A program made the translations under genes and the position numbers. The notes beneath the pieces are model-generated. The model was not told where the DNA came from, searched no databases, and was given only the letters and a program-made list of their open reading frames with translations. Shown piece by piece: positions 7,719-16,049 of a DNA stretch of 18,054 nucleotides. This stretch comes from Opitutia bacterium. GTDB taxonomy: Bacteria; Verrucomicrobiota; Verrucomicrobiia; Opitutales; T3Sed10-336. Where the stretch lies: positions 1 through 18,054 of the forward strand of contig JBJHCF010000064.1 of assembly GCA_050506795.1 (NCBI GenBank), read 5' to 3'. How positions within the stretch are numbered: position 1 is the first letter of the stretch; every line of letters begins with the position of its first letter.

Positions 7719-9335
7719 TCACTGCATTGCGTCCGGGTGGGCGAAGCTTCGGGCTGCGACGGGGAGAAACGCGACGGCGATAGCGGCCAGGGTTAGCCAG
7801 GCCAGGGCCAAACCGAACCATGGGGCCGATGGGTGAAACAGGGTGACCGTCCAGGCAATGGCGGCGGCGGTGATGGTGGCGCCAACGAGACCGAGCAGGG
7901 CGAGAAAAAACGAAACTAGAATGTGGACCGCTCCGTTCAGGCTTTGAGGTTCAATGGGCTCCTCCAGTGTGGTTTGGTAGGAGAGGTTGATCGCCCCCCC
8001 GACGATCAAAGCCGGAAAGAGAAGGACAGAGAGCCAAAGGGCGGGCGCCGGATTCTGAATCCAGACGCCGAACGGAATCAGAAAGGCGGTGATGGGAATC
8101 CAGTAGTGGAATGTCGAAGTCAGGATTTCGGCTGTGGTCACGGCAATTGGCCGGGCGGGAAGGGGCTTCAACAGATCGCGATTCCCAAAGCAGGGAGTAA
8201 GGTTGCCTGCGGCGTAGGGGATAAGATAGAGCCCCATGCCCACGAAGATCCAACCGCTCGGAATCTCCTCGCGGAAGAATCCGGTGATATCGAACAGGTA
8301 ACGCTGGATTAACAAAACCGATACGATCAACACTCCGCCCCATTGCAGATAGCGCTTGAGGCAGCCGCGGAATCTCTGCGTCAAGCGCGCCCAAAAGATG
8401 GGACCGAATCCGCCGCGAAAACGTGGCAGGGGCCAGGTTGGGAAGGCAGCTTTGTTTTCGTCCCAACCTCGGCCGCTGCCTGGTTGTGACGCGAACCGGC
8501 GGCGGCGTTCCAGTCGTTCCTGCTGAATCAGGACGACGGTGCGAAAATCGGCATTGATGGCCAACCCGGCACCCAGGAAGGCGGCCCAAATCAGAAGACC
8601 AAACCCGGAGGCGAAAAGAAACGCCGGCCAGTCCGGGCCGTCAGCCATGAGGCGCACCGGTTCAAACGGAACCAGAACGGCGGCGGCGAAGGTGGTGTCT
8701 CTTATCGCTTCGACGGCTACGGCCGCGCCCCCGCGTTCGCCCAGCAAATCCCGCACTCCGGCCAGGGCGGCGCCGGCCTCGACAATCCAAACCACGGCGG
8801 CAATGAGAAGCAGGCGGCGGAATAATTCGGGCAGACGGGGAGAGAGCCGGGCGGAAACATTGATGAGTTGAACGAGCAGGAATACCAGGGACTGGGCGAT
8901 GAGCAAAACGATCAAGGAGAAGAGGAAGGCCCGTTCCAGTCCTCCGAGTGCGCCGCGGAACACGAATGTCAGAAAAAGTGCAGCACCCAGAAGAAAACAG
9001 AAATCGAACGCGTGTTCGTAAATCACGAGTTGCCGTCGTGACACCGGAGCAGGGAAAAGAACGTCGATCTCTCCGGGGCCATAGGCGTTCAATCCGAGAA
9101 AGCCGTTCATCTGGCAAACGCTGAGGAACAAGGCCAGAAGGCCGGGCGGGAGAAAGGCCGCGAGCAGACCGGCGTCGAGAGCGGGCCCATCGATTAAGGA
9201 AACGTAACCCGCAAAGCCGATCAAGGCTATGAAGGTGATTGCCATCAGCGTCCCGGCAGGGCGCTTCAACTGACGCCACAGGTTCCGCAGGATGGCCCGG
9301 GTTTGCAGGCGGAAAAGGAGCTCCAAGGGGTTCAC
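7719..9335 (-). CDS. Putative ABC exporter permease (multi-TM)
   Basis: True start is probably the GTG at 9335, overlapping the ATPase TGA (GTGA). 538 aa, many TM helices, motif EIDVLFPAPVSRRQL typical of ABC-2-type permeases. Confidence 0.8.
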   Translation of the reverse strand: MNPLELLFRLQTRAILRNLWRQLKRPAGTLMAITFIALIGFAGYVSLIDGPALDAGLLAAFLPPGLLALFLSVCQMNGFLGLNAYGPGEIDVLFPAPVSRRQLVIYEHAFDFCFLLGAALFLTFVFRGALGGLERAFLFSLIVLLIAQSLVFLLVQLINVSARLSPRLPELFRRLLLIAAVVWIVEAGAALAGVRDLLGERGGAAVAVEAIRDTTFAAAVLVPFEPVRLMADGPDWPAFLFASGFGLLIWAAFLGAGLAINADFRTVVLIQQERLERRRRFASQPGSGRGWDENKAAFPTWPLPRFRGGFGPIFWARLTQRFRGCLKRYLQWGGVLIVSVLLIQRYLFDITGFFREEIPSGWIFVGMGLYLIPYAAGNLTPCFGNRDLLKPLPARPIAVTTAEILTSTFHYWIPITAFLIPFGVWIQNPAPALWLSVLLFPALIVGGAINLSYQTTLEEPIEPQSLNGAVHILVSFFLALLGLVGATITAAAIAWTVTLFHPSAPWFGLALAWLTLAAIAVAFLPVAARSFAHPDAMQ

Positions 9336-10120
9336 GGCCGATCGTTGCTTTCGGGTTTCGAATCCGCCGTGACGGCGAGAAAGTGATCTTCGAGGGAACC
9401 GCCGTCTCCGGCCTGGGCGCGAAACCCGGCCAGAGTGCCCCGATACCGGCACGTTCCGCAGCGCAGAACGAGGAGGTGGGTGCAGAGGTCTTCGATCAGG
9501 TGCAGCAGGTGGGAACTGATGATGACCCCGCCCCCGGCTTGCGCCTGGCGGCGGATGTGTTCCTTGAGTTCGCGAATGGCTTGCGGGTCCAGGCCGGCCA
9601 GGGGTTCGTCCAGGAGAAGCAGGTGCGGTTCGTGCAGGAGAGCGCAACAGAGCCCCAGCTTGTGCCGCATCCCGCGCGAAAGTTCGCTGCAAACGAAATT
9701 CCTTTTTTCGGCCAGGTGGAAGCGTTGCAGGAGTTCGTTCGCCTTCCGTTCGTAATCGTCCACTTGATACATGGAGGCGGTGAAACGAACATGCTCCCAC
9801 ACCGTCAGGCCTTCGAACAATTTCGGGTCGTCCGGAACGTACGCCAGCCGGCGTTTGGCTTCGATGGCCTGGCGGTCGAGGTCGAAACCGGCGATTTCGA
9901 CCGACCCGGGACCGGTGGGCAGAATCCCGGATAACATTCGCAGCGTGGTGGTCTTTCCCGAACCATTGGGCCCGACCAGTCCCAGGACGGCCCCCGCGGG
10001 GGCCTCGAGGGTGAGGTCGTCCACCGCCACCACATTACGGAAGACCATACGAAGGTTTTCCGCGCGTGCCGCAGGCGGCCGGGAGGAGTGGGATTCTGTG
10101 GCGTGTGGCGGGGAAGTCAT
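9332..10120 (-). CDS. ABC-2 type transporter ATP-binding protein
   Basis: Walker A GPNGSGKT, signature LSRGMR, Walker B LLLLDEP, H-loop SSHLL. Confidence 0.95.
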   Translation of the reverse strand: MTSPPHATESHSSRPPAARAENLRMVFRNVVAVDDLTLEAPAGAVLGLVGPNGSGKTTTLRMLSGILPTGPGSVEIAGFDLDRQAIEAKRRLAYVPDDPKLFEGLTVWEHVRFTASMYQVDDYERKANELLQRFHLAEKRNFVCSELSRGMRHKLGLCCALLHEPHLLLLDEPLAGLDPQAIRELKEHIRRQAQAGGGVIISSHLLHLIEDLCTHLLVLRCGTCRYRGTLAGFRAQAGDGGSLEDHFLAVTADSKPESNDRP

Positions 10121-10222
10121 GACGAATGGAAGAGTAACCCGAGCCCGACTCCGGCCAAGCCGAAAGTGCGGGGTGGATTCTTTGATTGTCTGTATCTATC
10201 GGTACTGAAAGGATGGCCGGGT

Positions 10223-11527
10223 ATGAAGCGTCTTTGGCGTCACCCCCTCGTTCCGGCGATGGCCGGGTTGTTTCTCCTGGCTTCCGTTGCTTATTGGCTG
10301 AGCGGGGTGGCGGGGCGTTCGGTGGTGGCGGAACGGTTGGCAAGCATCGAGCGATCCGGAATACCGGTGACCCTGGAAGGTGTGGCCGAGCGCTATTACG
10401 CTTCCGGGCCGCCGGCCGGGGAGGATGCCGGGCCGCTGTTGGAAGAAATTTTGCCGCGGATCGAAACGGAGCGTAACGCCCTGCGGAATTTGAGGTACTG
10501 GCCGGTGCGGGAACGGATTCCGGGCGAGCCTTTGTTCACGAAGGAAGCTCATGATGAGGTAAGTGCAATTCTTGATAACCATGCCGACGTGTTGGAGGGC
10601 TTGCGGATAGCCTCAGGCAAGGTGGGGGCGCGGTTTACGCTGGAACTCGCCGATGGCAAGGAGTTGAGGCTGCCTCAAGTCGATTCGCTGTGGGAGGGCA
10701 TTATGTTGCTCGCTTTAAATGCGGGAAGGCTGGCTCACATGGGTGATCCGGCGGCGGCCGCGGAGGAGCTTGTCGCCGCTTTCAACCTGACGCGATTCCT
10801 GGCGGACAAGCCTACAATGCTGTCGCACCTGACCCACGCCGCAGGGCTGTCGATCGGGCTCCACGCGCTTGAAGGTGTCTTGAGTGTGGCGGAGTTGTCT
10901 GAAGACTCTCTCCTCGGGCTCGACGCGATACTTCAGGAAGCGGAAACACCGGTTATCCGCCGGGCGCTGGAGGGCGAGTTGTCCGCTATGAATGCCGCGC
11001 TCAAGGCCCGGTCCGGAGGGATTTGGGAGGAGGGGGAAGGATTTGGATTGTTCTCACGCGGTTATGTCATGAGCGGTCTCTATTATCGCGACTGGTTGCG
11101 GTACCTGGATGTCATGGAGTCCCTTCTGCAGGCGGCGGACCTCGACGATCAGATCGCGATCAGTCTACCCTACGCCGAGCTCGATTGGGACCTTTATCCG
11201 TTACGTCCGGCCTTCAGCGACTTCTTTTACTTCGAGCGAGTGTTTCGGATCAAGCGCAACGACAACGCCATCATGCGTATGGCCCGCATCCTTCTGGCGG
11301 CGGAGCGGTACCGTATGGAGCGGGGCGCCTGGCCGGAGTTGTTGCCGGACCTGACCCCGGATTTCCTGGAGGCGCTGCCCCCCGACCCGGCCGGCGGGCA
11401 GTTTCAAATGGCAACCGACGGCGGTTGGCTACAGATTTTCAGTCACGTCACGATCGGCCCCAAAGGCGAAGAGAGACCCCTGTCCGTGCGTCTGCCCCTG
11501 GAGCGTTCCGCGCGGAACGGCGATTGA
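10223..11527 (+). CDS. Hypothetical N-terminally membrane-anchored protein with a GspG/pseudopilin-like C-terminal motif
   Basis: Probable start MKRLWRHPLV followed by a TM helix; largely helical body; C-terminal LLAAERYRMERGAWPELLPDLTPDFLEALPPDPAGG resembles the GspG-like segment. Confidence 0.7.
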   Translation: MKRLWRHPLVPAMAGLFLLASVAYWLSGVAGRSVVAERLASIERSGIPVTLEGVAERYYASGPPAGEDAGPLLEEILPRIETERNALRNLRYWPVRERIPGEPLFTKEAHDEVSAILDNHADVLEGLRIASGKVGARFTLELADGKELRLPQVDSLWEGIMLLALNAGRLAHMGDPAAAAEELVAAFNLTRFLADKPTMLSHLTHAAGLSIGLHALEGVLSVAELSEDSLLGLDAILQEAETPVIRRALEGELSAMNAALKARSGGIWEEGEGFGLFSRGYVMSGLYYRDWLRYLDVMESLLQAADLDDQIAISLPYAELDWDLYPLRPAFSDFFYFERVFRIKRNDNAIMRMARILLAAERYRMERGAWPELLPDLTPDFLEALPPDPAGGQFQMATDGGWLQIFSHVTIGPKGEERPLSVRLPLERSARNGD

Positions 11528-11722
11528 ACTCAAAAACCTCAGTTGACGTCACCACGAAGAGCACAAAGCACACGAAAGGAGAAGAGTTCAAAAAATGTGA
11601 GCGTTTTTCTCGTTCACTTTTCAGGTGAAGGTTAATGAGCGAATCAATCTTTCCTGAAAAACCTTCTCGTTACTGATTTGTCTTCGTGCGCTTCGTGGTT
11701 AAACTGCGGAAATTAGGTTGAA
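11524..11722. repeat. AT-rich palindromic MITE-like element (CACGAAG-triplet type) between convergent genes
   Basis: Arms ACCACGAAGAGCACAAAG (11551-11568) and CTTCGTGCGCTTCGTGGT (11682-11699) match 16/18 as inverted repeats; weaker outer inverted similarity extends to ~11524 and ~11722. Confidence 0.65.
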
Positions 11723-11770
11723 TCGGGCGGCTCTGCGATTGCGGAAGAAACGGGAGCCCTGCAATTGCTG

Positions 11771-12178
11771 TCAACGACCGCCTTGATCCGGGGCCGGTTT
11801 ATAGCGAATGACCTGTAGCTCCGGCACCCGTTCGAAATGCGCGGTGTTGTCGGTAACCAAAGGAAGGCCGGTGACGTTGGAGGTTGCGGCGATCAAAATG
11901 TCGAAATCTCCGATAAGGTCTTCGCGAAGGCGCAAATGACGGCGAATACGAGAGGCTTCCCGGCTTACGGCTGAATCTATGGGGATCCAGGTGAAGGGGC
12001 GCAGAAAGCGTTCGCCGTTAGCGGCTGTCTCGAATCCCTCGAGGAATTCAGTTACGGAAATGACCGATATCGAAAAGGAGATAGCGCGGTGCCTTTCCAG
12101 AAAAGCCCGTGCGTCGCCGGCACGATCGGCTTTTAAGTCCCTGTGCAGGTCGATCAGAAAACAGGTGTCCAGAATCAT
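11771..12178 (-). CDS. vapC: Type II toxin, VapC family PIN-domain ribonuclease
   Basis: 135 aa; MILDTCFLID, SVTEFLEG, DFDILIAAT and LVTDNTAHFERV carry the PIN acidic residues. Confidence 0.93.
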   Translation of the reverse strand: MILDTCFLIDLHRDLKADRAGDARAFLERHRAISFSISVISVTEFLEGFETAANGERFLRPFTWIPIDSAVSREASRIRRHLRLREDLIGDFDILIAATSNVTGLPLVTDNTAHFERVPELQVIRYKPAPDQGGR

Positions 12179-12193
12179 CGCAAGTTCCCGTGC

Positions 12194-12454
12194 TTACTCC
12201 CAGTGACTGGACGAAACACGCGGTTTGGCCTCGTCTTCCTTCGAAGCCTTTTCCCAGTAGCTGAAGGTCTTCCCTGACACGCCCCGCTTGGCCTGGTAAA
12301 GGGAACTCAGATCCTCCAGAATTCGATCACCGGTGCTCTCGTCCGCGTCGAACCGGGCTCGCCGGACAACTTCGGAGAAAGACTCCCCACCGCGCTTGGC
12401 GCGCTTCAGCTTTTCATAGGCGTCCACCTCCAGGCTGATTGTTTTTGTTGCCAT
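12194..12454 (-). CDS. vapB: VapB-family antitoxin (DUF217/COG1753-like)
   Basis: Start moved to the ATG at 12454. MATKTISLEVDAYEKLKRAKRGGESFSEVVRR matches this antitoxin family; 86 aa, directly upstream of vapC. Confidence 0.88.
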   Translation of the reverse strand: MATKTISLEVDAYEKLKRAKRGGESFSEVVRRARFDADESTGDRILEDLSSLYQAKRGVSGKTFSYWEKASKEDEAKPRVSSSHWE

Positions 12455-12490
12455 GCATGAAACCATGCGCGAAATTTTCTGGAAAGTCAA
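12455..12490 (-). promoter_or_regulatory. Putative vapBC promoter with operator palindrome
   Basis: TTGACT (12490-12485)-N17-CATGGT (12467-12462). Palindrome GCATG-N4-CATGC (12455-12468) abuts the ATG. Confidence 0.5.
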
Positions 12491-12578
12491 ATTTGTCGAT
12501 TGCCCTTCGTGAGTTTTGGTCAAGAATAGAGTGTTGTCAGGGCATGCTGCTTTGCCTGTAAAACTTGGATTACAGCCC

Positions 12579-14513
12579 ATGAAAAGGGGAGCCATCGAGG
12601 GGTGGTCGGAAGAGAGGTTGCTCGATACGCTGGTGGCGGGGACCTCGGGGGAAACGGGATTGCCCTTTTTCCGGGCGTTGGTGGCTGGCTTATGTGACGC
12701 CCTGGGAACGGACGGTGCCTGGGTGGCGGAGTACCGTAAGCAGGATAGCACCCTGCGGGCCATTGCCTGTCGATTCGACGGCGCCTGGATCGACGATTAC
12801 GAATACCCGATTGCGGGCACGCCCTGCGGGGAATGCATTGCCCGGCGCGATATGCTGGTGGTGGCGGACCGGGTGGCCGATTTGTTTCCCGGGGACAACG
12901 ACCTGGGTGCGCTGGGCGCGGCCGGGTATATCGGAATACCGTTCTGCGATGAATCCGGTGAAACGGTGCTGGGTCACCTCGCGGTCCTCGACCGCAAGCC
13001 GATTGAGGACCCGGAGCGATTCAGCCGCGTCTTTTGCATCTTCGCCAACCGGGCCGGAGCCGAGCTTCGACGGAGCAACCTGGAGCGCGAGCTGCGTTCG
13101 CGTACCGAGGAATTGGATACCATCGTTGCCACCGCCATGGACGCCATCCTGATTGTGGATGCCGAACGCACGATCGTTCGGGCCAATCCGGCGGCCGAGG
13201 AGGCGCTCGGAACGAATCATATCGTCGGTGAAATGATCGACCGTTTCCTTTCGGTCGGGGGCGCGGTTATCCTGGATCCGCTTTTGAGCGAAATGCTGGG
13301 CGAAACCTGCGTCAGCGGCGCTCAGCGATGGATTGGCGCCGGTGTCAACGCGCGGACCGCCGACGGCAGGGAATTCCCGGTAGAGGGGACTTTATCGCGG
13401 TTTGAATTACACGGAGCCCCCTTTGCCACGCTTATCCTGCGCAACGTCAGCGACCGCCTCGCGGCGGAGGCGCGTATGCGCGACCTCGCGAATCAGTCCG
13501 CCTACCTGCGGGAGGAGGTGGAACATGCCTATGGGGAAATCATCGGGGAGAGTCGCCCCATGTGTCACCTCATTGCGGAGATCGAACGGGTGGCTTCCAC
13601 CGATGTCTCGGTTTTGATTACCGGTGAGACCGGCACCGGCAAGGAACTGGTGGCCCGCGCGGTCCACCGCGGCAGCCGCCGGGCCAAAGCCCCATTGATC
13701 AAGGTGAATTGCGCGGCGCTGCCCGAGCACCTGATCGAGAGCGAGTTCTTCGGTCACGAAAAAGGCGCCTTTACCGGTGCGGTGGCTCGGCGCGAAGGGC
13801 GTTTCGCCCTGGCCGATAAGGGAACCTTGTTTCTCGACGAAGTGGGCGAACTGCCGCTTGGCTTGCAGGCGAAACTTTTGCGGGTGTTGCAGGAAGGGGA
13901 ATTCGAGCCGGTGGGCGGGGCGCGCACCATCAAGGTCGACGTGCGGATCATCGCCGCCACCAACCGGGACCTGAAAGAGGAAGTCGCGTCCGGGCGTTTC
14001 CGCGAAGACCTGTATTATCGACTGTGCGTTTTTCCGCTGGAATCGCCTCCCTTGCGGGTGCGCGGCGACGATATCGAGCGACTGGCGATCGAGTTTGTCC
14101 GCCGCTTCTGCACTCGGCATGGCAGGGAAACGGTGACGGTGACGCCGTCCGATATGGAACGCCTCAGGGGTTACGATTGGCCGGGAAATGTGCGCGAGCT
14201 TTCGAATGTTATCGAGCGCGCTCTCATCACGGGTGACGGCTACCGTCTCAACATGGATCGCGCCCTGCCGGCGGCAAACATTTCAGTGCCGGAAAGGCAG
14301 CCCGATTCGGTTCAAACAGACACGTCGCGTATCCTAACGGAGATGGAGATAATCGCACTTCAGCGGGAGAATATTCAGCGGGCACTCCAGGCCTCCCGGG
14401 GAAGAATCTCTGGTCCCTCCGGCGCCGCCGCGTTGCTGGGAGTGAAACCCACCACCCTGCGCTCGCGAATGGAGGGATTGGGATTGACCGGAAGGAGTGG
14501 GGGAGCGGCTTGA
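12579..14513 (+). CDS. Sigma54-dependent enhancer-binding activator, FhlA-like (GAF-PAS-AAA+-Fis HTH)
   Basis: N-terminal GAF ([11 protein letters not shown]), PAS (DAILIVD...ANPAAE), Walker A GETGTGKE, intact [31 protein letters not shown] and [20 protein letters not shown]. Confidence 0.96.
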   Translation: MKRGAIEGWSEERLLDTLVAGTSGETGLPFFRALVAGLCDALGTDGAWVAEYRKQDSTLRAIACRFDGAWIDDYEYPIAGTPCGECIARRDMLVVADRVADLFPGDNDLGALGAAGYIGIPFCDESGETVLGHLAVLDRKPIEDPERFSRVFCIFANRAGAELRRSNLERELRSRTEELDTIVATAMDAILIVDAERTIVRANPAAEEALGTNHIVGEMIDRFLSVGGAVILDPLLSEMLGETCVSGAQRWIGAGVNARTADGREFPVEGTLSRFELHGAPFATLILRNVSDRLAAEARMRDLANQSAYLREEVEHAYGEIIGESRPMCHLIAEIERVASTDVSVLITGETGTGKELVARAVHRGSRRAKAPLIKVNCAALPEHLIESEFFGHEKGAFTGAVARREGRFALADKGTLFLDEVGELPLGLQAKLLRVLQEGEFEPVGGARTIKVDVRIIAATNRDLKEEVASGRFREDLYYRLCVFPLESPPLRVRGDDIERLAIEFVRRFCTRHGRETVTVTPSDMERLRGYDWPGNVRELSNVIERALITGDGYRLNMDRALPAANISVPERQPDSVQTDTSRILTEMEIIALQRENIQRALQASRGRISGPSGAAALLGVKPTTLRSRMEGLGLTGRSGGAA

Positions 14514-14526
14514 GGCGCGGGACGAG

Positions 14527-14637
14527 CCCTTCGGCAGGCTCAGGGCGGGGGGGAATTGGAGTGGCGAGGGGCGTGGGGCGTGGGACGGGGGAGTATTGGA
14601 GTGGGGGAGTATTGGAGTGGTGGAGTGCGGGAGTGGG
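14527..14637 (+). repeat. Short hairpin plus G-rich tract with six 8-bp GGAGTNNN tandem units
   Basis: CCCTTCGGCAGGCTCAGGG (14527-14545); G-runs at 14568-14591; GGAGTATT/GGAGTGGG/GGAGTATT/GGAGTGGT/GGAGTGCG/GGAGTGGG at 14590-14637. Confidence 0.75.
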
Positions 14638-14676
14638 AGGAAGGGGAGAGTCGGCGAATGGGCGAAGGATCTTTTT

Positions 14677-14729
14677 GACTGAAATTCGTGCTTCGGGTGA
14701 CGAGATTTCGTTCCCGACGGGATTCCGTC
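14677..14729 (+). promoter_or_regulatory. Putative upstream activator sites for promoter 1
   Basis: GACTGAAATTCGTG (14677-14690), GACGAGATTTCGTT (14699-14712) and GACGGGATTCCGTC (14716-14729). Confidence 0.65.
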
Positions 14730-14798
14730 ATGCCGGACGAATCGGTGTTGGGTTCTGCAAGTCGCTTTTAGATAAGGCAATAGGGGTACTTTTCCGAT

Positions 14799-14815
14799 TT
14801 GGCACATGGTGTGCG
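14799..14815 (+). promoter_or_regulatory. Sigma54 (-24/-12) promoter of the OsmC-like gene
   Basis: TTGGCACATGGTGTGCG: GG at 14801-14802, N10, GC at 14813-14814. Confidence 0.85.
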
Positions 14816-14906
14816 TCTGAGGAGGGGCGAAGCGTGTCCGGTCCGATGAAGATGCCGGGGCGGGTTCGCAAGTAATAATCAACTCAGAATACCAAAAGGA
14901 AATACC

Positions 14907-15467
14907 ATGGAAACCAAACAACAGAATGTCGTTAACGGTGTGAATATCGACAACCTCAAGGCGACGGTGGATGCCATCGCGGCGCAGCCGGAGTTGGGGA
15001 GGTTTGAGTTCCGAGCCTCGAATCAGGCCATCGAAGGCGGCCTGAACCGGACGGAGGTCAAAACCTTTCACGGCGCCGGGCAGGAGCACCGCACGGAGGC
15101 GGAACCGTTTGTGGTGTTGAACGACGAACCGCCGGTGCTGCTCAGCCAGGACCGGGCGCCCAATCCGGCGGAGTACCTGCTGCACGGGCTGCTCGGGTGC
15201 ATGACCACCACCACCTTGTACAAGGCGGCCGCGCAGGGAATCGAAATCGATTCCATTACCTCGGAGATCGAGGGAGATCTCGATGTTCAGGGGATGCTCG
15301 GGCTGGACCCGAATGTTCGTCCGGGTTACCAGGAGCTGCGGGCCGTGCTGCGGGTGAAGACCAAGGGTGACCGCGATGCGGTGGCCAAACTGCATCGCTA
15401 TTCTCCGGTCTTCAACACCCTCGCCGAACCGGTGCCGGTCAAAGTCCGAGTCGAGTTCGTCGATTGA
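14907..15467 (+). CDS. OsmC/Ohr-fold protein, single-cysteine subtype
   Basis: 186 aa with SD AAAGGA; DEPPVLLSQDRAPNPAEYLLHGLLGC, IEGDLDVQG. The second Cys position reads YSPV instead of CPV. Confidence 0.9.
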   Translation: METKQQNVVNGVNIDNLKATVDAIAAQPELGRFEFRASNQAIEGGLNRTEVKTFHGAGQEHRTEAEPFVVLNDEPPVLLSQDRAPNPAEYLLHGLLGCMTTTTLYKAAAQGIEIDSITSEIEGDLDVQGMLGLDPNVRPGYQELRAVLRVKTKGDRDAVAKLHRYSPVFNTLAEPVPVKVRVEFVD

Positions 15468-15490
15468 TTGAAAGGGAAGCGTATGACCAC

Positions 15491-15524
15491 AAGCCCGCCG
15501 GAGTCTCGTCCGGCGGGCTTTTTT
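15491..15524 (+). terminator. Rho-independent terminator
   Basis: Perfect 12-bp stem AAGCCCGCCGGA/TCCGGCGGGCTT with a 6-nt loop and T-tract, 23 nt after the stop codon. Confidence 0.9.
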
Positions 15525-15526
15525 GG

Positions 15527-15779
15527 CTAGCCCGAATGCTGCTCGGTTAAGGCCGTTCATCGAAGCAACTTGGCCTGACTTTCGCAAGATTTCCTAAAAA
15601 CACACCCGGATCTAAAGCACTGCTGAACCGGGAAGGTTGTCACACGGAGCCACGGAGCTCACGGAGGTAGGTCCGGTACAAATCTCCGTGGCTCCGTGGC
15701 TCCGTGTGAACCCAATTTCCGCTGTATTTTTTACTTCATCAAAGGATGAACCTGCTTAACCGAGTGCCGTTCGGACTAG
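15527..15779. mobile_element. Putative MITE with ~35-bp imperfect terminal inverted repeats bounded by CTAG
   Basis: 15527-15561 matches the reverse complement of 15745-15779 at 27/35, both starting CTAG; no ORF inside; a third end copy follows at 15776-15800. Confidence 0.65.
15579..15720. repeat. Dispersed palindromic element (CACGGAG-triplet type), copy 2, without inserts
   Basis: CACACGGAGCCACGGAGCTCACGGAG...CTCCGTGGCTCCGTGGCTCCGTGTG; homologous to 358-546. Confidence 0.85.
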
Positions 15780-15851
15780 CCCGAATGGCGCTTGGATAAG
15801 AGTTTTATTCGGGATCTTTGTCGGTATCGAATTCAACCACCCGAAATACAA

Positions 15852-15902
15852 AGCGAATCTCCGTCAATGATGACGAAGATTCGTCATCTACGGAATTTCG
15901 TC
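15852..15902 (+). promoter_or_regulatory. Putative upstream activator sites for promoter 2
   Basis: AGCGAATCTCCGTC (15852-15865), GACGAAGATTCGTC (15872-15885, inside a perfect 9-2-9 palindrome at 15869-15888) and TACGGAATTTCGTC (15889-15902). Confidence 0.7.
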
Positions 15903-15916
15903 GATGGCTTCGCGCA

Positions 15917-15929
15917 AATCAGCAGCTTG
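15917..15929 (+). promoter_or_regulatory. Putative IHF binding site
   Basis: AATCAGCAGCTTG is an exact match to WATCAR-N4-TTR and lies between the upstream sites and the sigma54 promoter. Confidence 0.55.
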
Positions 15930-15970
15930 TAAGAAGCCTTTAAAGAATAGGATACATCAAAACGAGGACT

Positions 15971-15987
15971 TTGGCACGAGTCATGAT
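15971..15987 (+). promoter_or_regulatory. Sigma54 promoter of the EamA gene (variant -12)
   Basis: TTGGCACGAGTCATGAT: perfect -24 TGGCACG, with GG-N10-GA instead of GC. Confidence 0.6.
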
Positions 15988-16049
15988 AATTGGATACCGC
16001 CGCCGCAAATTGCGGCGAGAAAGCGTATCCAATTTTCAAACCATCTGCC

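Noticed and set aside
9336..9800. N-terminal 155 aa of the 693-aa permease ORF
   Set aside because: Overlaps the ATPase in another frame and is Pro/Arg-rich; the GTGA stop-start coupling at 9332-9335 gives the better start.
12455..12763. N-terminal extension of the 189-aa antitoxin ORF
   Set aside because: Overlaps the divergent activator gene and the promoter; the family signature begins at MATKTISL.
14334..15587. 417-aa minus-strand ORF
   Set aside because: Runs antisense across the OsmC gene, its promoter and the G-rich repeat; the low-complexity Pro/Ser/His tail derives from the repeat.
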